Source of the DNA: Marsupella aquatica
Taxonomy: Eukaryota; Plantae; Marchantiophyta
Direction: 5' to 3'
DNA length: 64,000 nucleotides
Assembly (NCBI GenBank): GCA_973895155.1
Contig: OZ316897.1
Location: 21,170,260-21,234,259, forward strand
Shown here: piece by piece, positions 38,101-48,902 of the stretch
Numbering within the stretch: the stretch's first letter is position 1
Layout of the letters: each line of letters starts with the position of its first letter
Notes under the pieces: generated by a model
Database searches by the model: none
What the model was told of the DNA's origin: nothing
What the model saw: only the letters and a program-made list of their open reading frames with translations
Program-made: the position numbers and the translations under genes

Positions 38101-38689
38101 GACACTTATATTCTATTAGTCAAATTGAATCAATGTAAGTAAATTCTACTTCTTATCCAACATATTTTACATTATTATCACCCAAATGTTTTTCTTTAGA
38201 ATCCAAATTAATATTTCATTTTCTCCTATGTACAATCTTGATCCCCCAAATGTACAACATCTGGTGCCCAAATGTACAACTCCCACTGCCCAAATGTACA
38301 ATTCTTGTGCCCAAATATATATTTTTTGGTGCCTAAATGTCCAAAGATCAAAGAATTTTCCAGTTTTAATGAATAGACTGATATATGTTAATAAATGCCA
38401 AACTTTGGAAATGCAAAGTGGAAGCTTGGATGGACGCAAATGTTTGACATTGCTAGGATGGACTCAAGAACTTTACACTGTCAGAATACTCTCTCAGCCT
38501 TCTAGTGTCATGATACGTGATAATCAAGAGAGTCAAACTCGTTCAGTTGAATGGGAACAGAGGCCACTGCATGGCAGACTACTAGAGGAATCCACACTTT
38601 CCAAACATTCTATTAGTGGTCAAATGCAGGGTTCCATGTCATTTTTTGAACAAAAGTGTAAAAACACTCTGTAAGTAAACCAACATGTA

Positions 38690-38835
38690 GTCTATATCCA
38701 GTTTCCACATCTTGGAAAAATGAATAGAAAGCTTTGATGGACCTAGGGGTTTGTCCTGTATATCCTATGGACTGCATGAAGTCCTCAGCCAATTTACACT
38801 CAAAGAAAAGATGACCAGTTGTTTTGGACATTAAA
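38690..38835 (-). mobile_element. Possible decayed LINE zf-RVT remnant
   Basis: TTGHLFFECKLAEDF resembles the ET..HLFF.C..A motif of plant LINE ORF2. The surrounding frames are broken. Confidence 0.3.
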
Positions 38836-40277
38836 GAGGTTTCATTTTTGAGAAAGATGCCTCAAGTAATTTTTCTAGACATCCTGGCCAATTATAAACC
38901 GCTGGTTTTTGGTATACTTGTGCCATTATTTGGACAATTTTTGGAACTCAAATTTTGCCAACACTTTCTCTAATGTCCAATCATTATCCAACTACATTTT
39001 AGATTTTTCTGAGATCATTTGTTCCGTTTCAGACAAGCATGACAATGGTCAAATATTGAAAACAAATTGCCAAAGGAAGTTTCACTTTTGTGAAGAATAC
39101 CCTCACTGGTTTGGACATAAACAACTTAGAATGCGTAAAGTAATTGAAAATGGATACCTCCAACCAAATAGAGTCTTAGTCCATTTACAGGTCACATTTG
39201 CATCCAACCTATGAAAGCGTCCTCTGAGCATTGTAGACTTCTTGTGTCAGTCCGTCATAGTTTTGGAAACCCATCGAGACTTCAGAACAACCACTAAATA
39301 ACAGATGGAAATGGGGTCTTTCCCTTTCCATTTCTTCCCTTTTCATTGAGTCCTTTGCCTTTGGTACACGTCTCTTCCTAGTTTGGCCTTTTTGTTTTTT
39401 GACATTGTGATATATAACTAACCACTGTTCAATAGGGCATCTCAAAGCTTCAAAGTTGCAGAGATGACTTTTGGTCTTAACTTTTTCACATGGTTGTGTA
39501 AATTTTGTTTGTTTGTTTGTTTTTGTACTAGTCTCTCCTCTCCAGTGACTTATGGTCATGGCATATGACCTATCATTAAGGCAAAAAGTTATGAATGATG
39601 ACTTTGGTAGTTCATAAAGTTTTCTGTATGCAAGGTTAAGTACTGAGTTAAGGGTGGCTTTACAAGAACTTGGGGCAGCAATTCCTTTTTTTCTAAGTGA
39701 AAGATGCAATCCTAACCATTCATATGGGAACTGGCCACGCTTCACTTTACATGAAGTTGGGGGCACAATCAAGCAAAAGCATTACCGAACCTAGTCATTT
39801 GTCAATGGGCCCCTTGTGGGTCCCATTTTTTGCTGATGTGTGCAAGCTTTTCGTCTAAGTGCTCCAGGCAGCTTCTTTTCATGGAATTGCATTGATTATT
39901 TTCAGACCTGACACATTTTGGCTCAGGCATTTCAACTTTTGTGTAAAGAAATGGTCATCAGCTTTGCCTTGGAGACTGAATGGCCCCCACCTTCTTATAA
40001 AGCCCCCCTAAGGTTCCGGATAGATGTCCATCAATTTGAAGCTTTGAAACATCCTTTTTGGGTCAGCCCCTTCAGGTCTCCTCCTGGTTTGTGTTGTACT
40101 GGTTCAACTTTTTTGTTCTTTGGTTATTTATAACCACTAGAATAGATGAAATATAATTACTAGACTTGATAACAAAAGGATGGAGAATGGAGAAAATATT
40201 GGCCAAGTAGGGTGACCCCTAGTGGGTCCCACATTCCCACTCACCCGTTCCCAGCACGGCCAGTGAGGATTGCTTCA

Positions 40278-40381
40278 GACACGTGTTTTGTTTCCTGCTC
40301 GTTTCCACTCGACTCTCCCTAGAAGCGACGCGTGGTGCCACCTGTTTGTTACCCCCTTTGCTTCGTCAGTCGTTCTTATAC
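40278..40381 (+). promoter_or_regulatory. ABRE/G-box (ACACGTGT), CE3-like ACGCGTGG and TATA-like TTATA upstream of the LEA-like gene
   Basis: gacacgtgtt at 40278, acgcgtgg at 40328, ttata at 40376. This arrangement is typical of ABA/desiccation-induced promoters. Confidence 0.55.
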
Positions 40382-40593
40382 TGAGCTAGAAAACGGTCTT
40401 CGCAATCCCCCTCGAGGAGTTCAGCCGGAATTCAGGTCAATACTTATCGGCTCGAATCCAAGGAATTCACTCGATTTCAGCCCACATTCACCTCTCCTTT
40501 GCATCGACAGTCACTCAGCTCAAATTCAGCTTCTCTGCATTGATAATCGAAGAGCGGTTCTGAAACTGTGGTATTGGAAGGAGAATCGTCACC

Positions 40594-42116
40594 ATGGCGA
40601 GAAGGTCGCAATATGTGTTCCTGGCAGTGCTGTTTGTCGTAGCAGTTGCTAGCGCAGCTCTGGTATGCGCGGACGAGGCTGCTCCTACCATCGCGGAGCA
40701 GGCACAGGCCACGAAGGAGAGCGCCAAGGGGCAGGCCGAGTCTACGAAGGCGACCGCGACGGACGAGGTTGCTCCCACGATCAAGGAGAAGATCGGGGCC
40801 GCGACGGATGCAGGCAAGAAAGAGGCTGCACAGTTGGGGGAGACCGTCCAGTCATGGAGGGAATGGGCGATGAAGTATGTATCCATTTGAATCTGGCTTC
40901 CAAAGTGTATGCAAACATTGCTGATGAGAGTTCCGGACCTTGTGACTTAAGTTTAGATTATAGTGTAGAATGTTTGTATCGTTTGTGCACTAATATACAA
41001 AGATATGGTAAGGAAGTTAGTTCTTATCTGGATAAGAACATATGGTGATGTTGGCCGGGGTGATTTGGACTCATGATCTAGGGAACTGTAAGAAGTCCCC
41101 GGTTTTTTGGACCCAGTTTTAGGAACAATTAATCCTATGGTTCGAGGGGACTGATCCGGTAGACTGCGCTGTGGGTGAAGGAAGGGCCTGCTTGGGTTTT
41201 GTTTGGGCGGAATGAACATGATGTGCTCATTCCAAAGATGCTCATCCATGATGTGCTAATTCCATAGCGCAGTCTACCGGATATCAAAGTTCAGATGTGC
41301 TCATTCCTAAGACGGGTCTGTTACTATTATAAACTGTACATCAGGCCAAGGAGAGATGCTGACAACTGAGCTCGGAGTTATAGGAGAATTGGAAAGTTTT
41401 TAGCTTTTGTGATCCCACCGAATAGAGCCGGAGAGTCATAAGCTAAGAGACTCTATTTGCTATCCTAAGAAGACTTGTGAGCACATACATGTAAACTTGG
41501 TGGAGGACGGAAGTACTAATCCTCAGTTACGTGCATCGACGGCCATTTTTGTAGGCGTGCTGGAGAGTTTACTGGAAAAGGGAAGGCGACAGTTGATGAC
41601 ACTACTGCGTCGGCAAAAGGTTATGCTAGCAAGGGTGCTGAGTCTGTTGATTCGTCCAAGGCCCAAACTCAAGAGTCAGCATCAGGTAAGAACTTTCATA
41701 TTTACTTCAGTTGAACCTGAGTGCTTTGGTAGTCTGAACTTCTGGAGATTGGAATTCAACATAATTACGACGTCATCCCTGATAACTAAACTATTATGGT
41801 CATTGGGAGAAGGATCATTTCGAAGGATTAGTTGTGTGTCGGCTTAGTAGCCAAGATATGTGCAAGTGTCTACTTTAAGCCACATCAAAGTTCTCACGAT
41901 TGTTGTCGAAACATGACTGCGTTTGTCTCTCCTCCGCATCACTGCTGACAATGACGATGACGGCTACTGTGATCAATTTCAGGGATGTATGGCAAGTGGA
42001 GCAACTGGGCGAAAGAAACAGCAGGAAAGTACAAGCCCAAGAAAAATCCAGCAGCTGACGCTGCAGCATATATCAACAAGAAAACCAGCGATGCAAAAGC
42101 AAATGAAGAGTTGTAA
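40594..42116 (+). CDS. Secretory-pathway LEA-like hydrophilic protein ending in NEEL (KDEL/HDEL-like)
   Basis: Exons 40594-40874, 41555-41685 and 41983-42116 splice in frame. Signal peptide; A/T/E/K-rich helical repeats; SWREWAMK and KWSNWAKE motifs; ends ...DAKANEEL*. Confidence 0.85.
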
Positions 42117-44173
42117 ACATGTCACTCTCAGCGATAAATGTCACGATCGTGAACTGACATGGTTCTTTGACGTGCGGATGTTGCGGAGTTTGTGAAACTT
42201 ATCCTGTCTACCAGTCAGAATTGGCTTGATAGGGTGAGACTCATTCGAGAATGTGAAGCTCTCATCAACAAAGAATGAAACAGGTTATGATTTCAGCCTC
42301 TATGCTGCCAACCGTGGTTACATAGAGTTATGTTGAAGCAGACGATGCGTTGGGCCTCAACGAAAGCAGATTGGAGTAGTTCTGTACATATAAAACTTCC
42401 CTGGTTTTTATGATTATTCTCTACCTTGTACTCGAAACAATCAATAAAATATATTGACCTGAAAGTTCCATCGACATGGAAATCTCCTACTGCCGACTAT
42501 TCTTTGGTATATTTAGGTCCATGCTATAATCGATTGTTTCCGTCGTAGCGAATTGAAGCAAGTCTAGTGAATGCGGTTATCAGACTAACCTAGTACGTGT
42601 AGAAGTAAGTTCAAACGCCTTTGATATTGGGTTTTCGAACGGGATAAAGCTCCAAATTCATGAATCCAATTGATCATCTTGCTAGGCGAGGTGAAGAAAT
42701 GATTACAAAGACCTCGTTACGTGACTCATGGGCTTTGAGCTCTAGAGCTATATACGTGGCGAGTTAATTCCAGAACTTATTCGTCACGAGGCGAGCTACG
42801 AGATTATATTGTTTTGTCCCTCGAAATAATGGATAGGCATCTATCCTGACTCTTCCAACAGGTCGACATGCGACATTCATGCGTTCCTCGGCAACTGTCT
42901 GTGGACATTGGCCCCTAGGGCAAACCTATTACTCTACAGAAATTTCTGAACTTTGATATGGATACGGATCGTGTCTATAATATCTTCTCAGAATCAAATC
43001 GCTTACTCGCTTAACTAACGGGGTGGATTCGTCCTAAATTTTGTCCCAATCGTAGTCGTTTTTTAATTGTATGTACCTCTAGTAACAGTAAAAAGCGTTT
43101 TGCCACACTTTGTGCTAATCCCTGCGATTTCCGGAGGCAGGTATTAAATCGCCCCTATTTGGTGTTTTGTTTCGACCCTATCACACCGCAGTGGATAAGT
43201 TTCGTAGCTCGTCTCATTTTCTTCTTTTAGTATTCCGATTTTCAACAACTCCCACCGTCCCTTACTTTTTTTGGCAACAAATAACAGCATTAAAAGCCAT
43301 TTTGTGTAGAGCAGCTGAGAGTTGCACCATCGGAAATCTCATCTTATGCGGCACGTCATTAGGGTTCGAATTTTTCTGGAAAGAAAAGTTGTTCCTACCG
43401 CAATGCATTATCAGTGACAGTATATGAAGAGTCGTTCATGATCATTCTGTAAAGTTACAGCAGCTCATGATATCATCCCCTACAACACCTTTGCACAGCT
43501 TCATTTTCTACAGCCGCGAACCTAATTAATTCTCGCCCTCTAGAGTGCAAGGTATTTCATACTAGTCCTTGATGAGACAGGGAGAGGAAGCGGATCCCAA
43601 ATCGAGGAAGGCAAGACAAGTTTCGAACTCACTAGTAATGACGATAAGCAGCGCGTGAAAGGATTATTTGCTTGGAAAGCCACGGGCAAAGGTACTACTG
43701 TCCCTTTTGACAATCTTCGTCATGTACACAATACAATATAACTATGAACATTAGCCCCAAAACTCCTGGGATCTTTTGATGACGACGATTTGGCTTTCTG
43801 CGGGAGACAGGACGTGTAGTCTTTACCTTTTGTCTCTGCCAACCAGAAGCAACTTTACTCTTAATTGCAGTGTGCGTTGGGGAGTTGTAGGAAACTGTGG
43901 CAGCTGTTACCCCACTTGTTACACAATTGTCTGGTTCTTATGTTTTGCGGGAGAGACTCTTAAGAACGGAGATTACTGGGACTTGATCGTCTTCACTGGG
44001 GTTGCTATGTTGTTATATCGCATTTGTCGTGGTGAGGATTGGAGACAGGATGGAAGTTCATGAGTACTGGAATGAGGGGAATTTTCTGAGCAGGGGTTGG
44101 GACGACAACTTGAAGTGATTGCCGATATTTGCCGAGACACACCAAATTTATCTGGGGATTGGCGCTGGTTTAG

Positions 44174-44387
44174 GATTCTGCACTAATATAGTGCACGACA
44201 TCCTCGTCTTGGCTTTCCATTTGACAAAGCAATACAGGGTCTAATTAGTGCATTATCTTGAGTACGGACATATGATCGGAGATTCTGCACTAATATAGTG
44301 CACGACATCCTCGTCTTGGCTTTCCATTTGACAAAGCAATACAGGGTCTAATTAGTGCATTATCTTGAGTACCGACATATGATCGGA
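44174..44387. repeat. 107-bp near-perfect tandem duplication
   Basis: gattctgcactaatatagtgcacg...catatgatcgga at 44174 and 44281, one mismatch seen. Confidence 0.95.
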
Positions 44388-45093
44388 GATTAAAAAGAGG
44401 CAGGAGCTGCAATGCTAAGAAAGGACTTTGCTATCACAATAGACGTTGCTTTCCAGGTTTGGTGATTGTGGCTGTATGTTTGCTCAAACTGTCCTGGCTT
44501 GGATATTGTCATGAATTTGAGCAAACATACAGCCACACAATCACCAAACTCTCTCAGTCGTGTGTCATTTTAAACCGATCTATCTTGATTAGCGTCAGGT
44601 ACCTATTTCTTCTTCCTTAGGCACAGGTTTATTTGTCACCATAGAAGCACATACTACACAGATCAGTTCTGTGTGCAAACAAGGTAATATCATTGTTTGA
44701 TCATATGAAGCCATTTTTGCGTGGGCTTATGTAAAGCGTCCATTGGGGATCAGAGAGCTCGTCAGAGAGCACCCACTTAGAGCCAGTAACTTAACCATTT
44801 TTGTGCACTGGGATGAATGAATCTCGTTGTCGGTAAGCTAGTAACTTAACCATTTTGGTGCACTGGGATGAATGAACCTCGTTGTGGGTAAGTGTCGGGG
44901 AGGTTCCTCATGACATTTCTGTATTGGGTTAAACAATAGGGAGGATCGAATGCACACTGCGAGCCATTCTTTGTCCTTATTTGCAAAAATTCGCCAACTT
45001 CCGCCGTTTTACTGGACGGGCATCTAAAGTACAAAAGAAGAAAATTGGAAAAAAGAATTTTTTGGTCACAGTTTTCCCATGGCTAGCTACGAA

Positions 45094-45420
45094 TTACAAG
45101 TAAATTTTGGGTGGAAGCGGAGTGGGCATGCTGGAGGCAGGGGTTTTACAGATGGGGCATTGCCTGTTCTTTGAGCTCCACAAAATTGTGATGCACTTGT
45201 AACAGATATTAGCATAATTGCAGTCCCTCCAATAGGCCCGCTGCTGACCCGGATCTTCTCCAAACTCATTCGTGCAAATAATGCACTTTGCCACCTGCAC
45301 CCTACAACTCCAGATGAGTTCAGTGTCTCGAATGTGAGTTCCAGTTCTCTCTCTCAACTTTCCACTTATCCCTCTCAGCGTCGTGTAGTGTCAATAGGTC
45401 CTGCAATATCCCTTCAGAAA
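45094..45420 (-). pseudogene. RING family copy 3: intact RING exon (45294-45094) with a deleted coiled-coil remnant
   Basis: VAKCIICTNEF...CNYANICYKC...CPIC...PPKIYL*, with the His ligand changed to Tyr. 45335-45420 reads SEGILQDLLTLHDAERDKWKVERE. Downstream 44500-44810 resembles 6520-6810. Confidence 0.8.
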
Positions 45421-46900
45421 ACCAAAGACTAATTGGCCATATGATCCTTGCCGGCTGGATATTGTGTTTGATTGCATGCTACATGTAGCCACCTCCAGAC
45501 TTTCGATTGTCAAGTATTTAGAAAATGTCACAAAATCTGTTAGGTCGACCTTACTCTTAATTCGTAGATCAAGTTGTTATTAAGAATAAAACGTGCGGAT
45601 GTGTACATTAAATTCATTTAGTAGAAGAGGACCTCATAGGAAGATGGGGATCATTGATCTCTAAGAAGAAGCAGTTGAGTTTGTTGCTGTTTGTGAAAAG
45701 ACCTCTGAAATATACTTTGACCGGTCATTGCATCTCCAGTGGTTTGTCCAGATTTCGGAGTCGCAGCGACAAATCCTGCTGAACCGACTCCTCTGCGGAA
45801 TCCAGCTCTGCCCATTTAGGAATTCCTGTCATAGTTCTTGTCTCGTCTGTAATTAATGTCCTTCTCCCCGTCTGCCCCAAAATCTGAGTAACATTTACAA
45901 AAGCAAGAAATCCCGAGAGCATACATCTTCTGTTCGTCACTCATCCTTCAGCTGTCTTCTAACATAAATCCACTTGATTGATTCCTTTTCCTATTCCTTT
46001 CCGCCTCTGTTGGTTTCTTCAATCTTGTTCGACGTCTTTTGACTTTCTTTTGTTTTGGAGTAACTGAGAAATCGGCAGGAACCTGAGGCTGCGTCTAGTT
46101 TTTACCGTTGGGACAGAAATGAACATCTTCCGGCTCACGAAAGAGTGACGGCAATATTCCCATTCAAGGAAAAGAATGGGGGCAATATACATATTCCCAT
46201 TTATAATGGTGGAGGGTGTTTTAGTGTTTTTACTCAACTCTTGGAAAGCAAGGAACGAGTCATCTCACAAAATACAAAACCTCTGTTTGATCATGACCAT
46301 GGTAGGGTTCTTGTTTGGACCGTGATTGTTCCCGTGTCGTGCTCCTTTTGGTCGATGGAAGTAGAATTCAGTTTCAATGTCCTGCACCGATTACTATTTA
46401 ATATTTTTAACCTGAGAAAGATTTGTGTGACCTGACCAGCCCGAGGTCTCTCAAGCTGTAGGGTTCTTTCACCACCGAATCCAAAACATCAATTATGTCT
46501 CGTTTCTTCAAAAGATGTCTACAAATACACACACAGTACATTGCTCATGAGACTCTACACAACTAAATCAACAGTACAGAGCAAATCCTGTGTGTTTTCT
46601 TGTTCAATGGAAGCGAGGACAACGTTGCATGTTGGTCTTGACTTTCTCAAAATTGAACTCAAATACATGGCGCTTTTGATTAGAGTGCCTTGCATTAGAT
46701 CACAACACCCAGGCTTTCTATTACACAGCAATCGCTTAAAAACATATTTGTACGCCCACCCAATGTTGTCATTTTCTACATAGCAGGTTCTGTTTTTGGG
46801 GAAGATAATAATAAGAGTGGAGCGAGTACTGATAAAACCATATTTGTACACTTGGTGACACCTGTAAACAAGGAAGCATGATATTTAGTTTACGGTTCAC

Positions 46901-48902
46901 TCAGAAGTAAATCTTGGGTGGAAGGGGAGTGGGCATGCTGGAGGCAGGGGTTCTACAAGAGGGGCATTGCCTATTCTTTGAGCTCCACAACGTTTTGGTG
47001 CACTTGTAACAGATATTAGCATGGTTGCAGTTCTTCCAATAGGCCCGCTGTTTATCCAGACCTTCTCCAAACTCAGTCATGCAAACGATGCACTCTGCCA
47101 CCTGCGCCCAGCATGCCCGATGAGGACCACATGACCAAGGACTGATTTGTCTGAATTAATTAAAGTTGACAAGTGTTTGGTTCCTTCGAAAAATCGCAAT
47201 GAAGATCTCTAATTACCTGTATGTTCACTAATGTACTTACGTTTTACAAAGGTGTGCAATCAAACAGTGTTAAATTCCAAACTCATCGTTGTGAAGACGA
47301 AAATGAATCCAGAAGGCGAGAAATTTGACAATGGAGGCCACTGCTCCAGTAATTACCTCAGTTTTCTCAAGCCTGATGATCTCCTCGCTCTGTTCCCTGA
47401 TTGTTTGATTCGCGAGAGCATTCAATTTTGAGGAGTCCTCCAATTCCACATTTCGTCGCTCCTGTTCGTCAATGAGATCTCTGCACAGTTCTTCGAGTTT
47501 TTCCCGTTCAGATTTCGCCTCTCGAGTCTGCCTCTCCAAGATGAGCTGCAGGACTTGATGCTGCGAAGCCCAATCTTCTACTTTCGGCTCACTCTGCCTC
47601 CCTTCCCCCACATCCCTTTCACTTTTCGTCAAGTGCGCACAAATTCCACTTGAAGATCTACCCAAAGTTTCTGTAAGAGCCTCGGTGCTCGAAATCATTT
47701 GATGGTCCTCTGTTCGGCGTTCGAGATCCAAAATTTGCTCTTCTACCGGGTGTTGCTCAAGCAGATCCCTACATACTTCTGCGATGTTCATACCTTCGGC
47801 TTCAGCTGATGCCAGCCTAGTAAAAACTGCCTTCCGCCGCTGTGATTCCAAAGTGAGCATCATAAGTTGCTGTTCTCGAGCACAAGCTTCATCTTTCAGC
47901 GTCTTGCTTGTGAGTTCCAAGTGATCTCTCTCCACTTTCCACTTTTCCCTCTCAGCGTTGTGTACCTTCATTAGCTCCTGCGTCGTCTCTCTAAAAGAAT
48001 CCCTTTCCACCTTCCACTGATCCCTCTCGATGTTGTGTAGTTTCAGGAGCTCCTGCAGTATCCCTTCAGATATTGCTGTCCGAAGCTTAGCACATTGTGC
48101 CTCCCACCTCTGCCTCTCCAAGATTAGATGCACGGGTTGATTGTGTAAAACGAAATAATCTACATCCGTCTTATTGTGTTTCCCTTTCTGCATGTCGCTT
48201 TCGCTTTCGCTCTGCGTCAACGTCCCAGATATGCCATCCGTGTGTCTCTCCAACTTTCCGGTGAGAGCCTCATGGTTCGAAAGCTTTACCGTATCTCCTG
48301 TTCTGCTTTGGAGATCCAAAGTTTGGTGCTCTACATGCAATTGTTGAAGTAGATCCCTACACACTTCTGCCACGTTCTTCCCTTCGGCATCTGCTGATGC
48401 GAGCCTGGTAAATTCTGCCGTCCACCGCTCTGACTCCAGAGTGAGGTTCCTGAGTTGCTGTTCCCAAGCACAAGCTTCATCCTCCAGCCTCTTGCATGCG
48501 AGTTTCCAGGTCTTGCATATGAGTTTCCAGTTATCTTTCTCGTGATTCCACTTGTCGCTCTCCGACTTCCACTTATCCCTCTCAGCGTTGTGTAATTTCA
48601 CTAGCTTCAGCAGTGTCTCTGTATCCGAATCTGTGTGCCTGAATGGCCTGTCCTCCTCTACGCTCTTCGCAGCATTCTTGAGATTTAGCTCGTCCACTCG
48701 AAATTCATTCACTAGATTGATTTCTGTGGTCATCGTTGCCAAATCATGCATTAATATCAAAATGGCGGTCAAAGCAGCTCTAAATCTTCGCTTTGTGGCT
48801 GTCCTCAATCCCTCTTGATAGAGCCTCCGAGCTCTGAGGCGTATTCTGCTCAGGCGTTCGCTCCTTGACTTTCTCGGGTGGGGACGAGAAGTTAGAATAC
48901 AT
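46901..48902 (-). CDS. Coiled-coil + RING-HC family copy 4, with N-terminal frameshift (pseudogene, or start at ATG 48751)
   Basis: The ATG equivalent to copy 1 (48902, MYSNFS...) runs into TAG at ~48780. The long frame resumes (ATG 48751) to donor GAG|GTAATT at 47357. RING exon 47101-46901. Confidence 0.75.

Larger units (their letters stand above)
23702..38380. mobile_element. Large cut-and-paste DNA transposon (~14.7 kb), Sola-type (probably Sola1), with cargo genes
   Basis: Left end CACCCTATTCATTAAAACTGGAA (23702-23724); right end TTCCAGTTTTAATGAATAGACTG (38358-38380), 21/23 inverted match. Both flanks read ATATAT, consistent with a 4-bp AWWT-type target duplication. Subterminal cccaaa(tgtaca) repeats. 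Internal transposase motifs DKMDQ, QMDNSGKDNKN, VGHTHEDVDALFS. The superfamily is assigned from motif memory. Confidence 0.8.
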
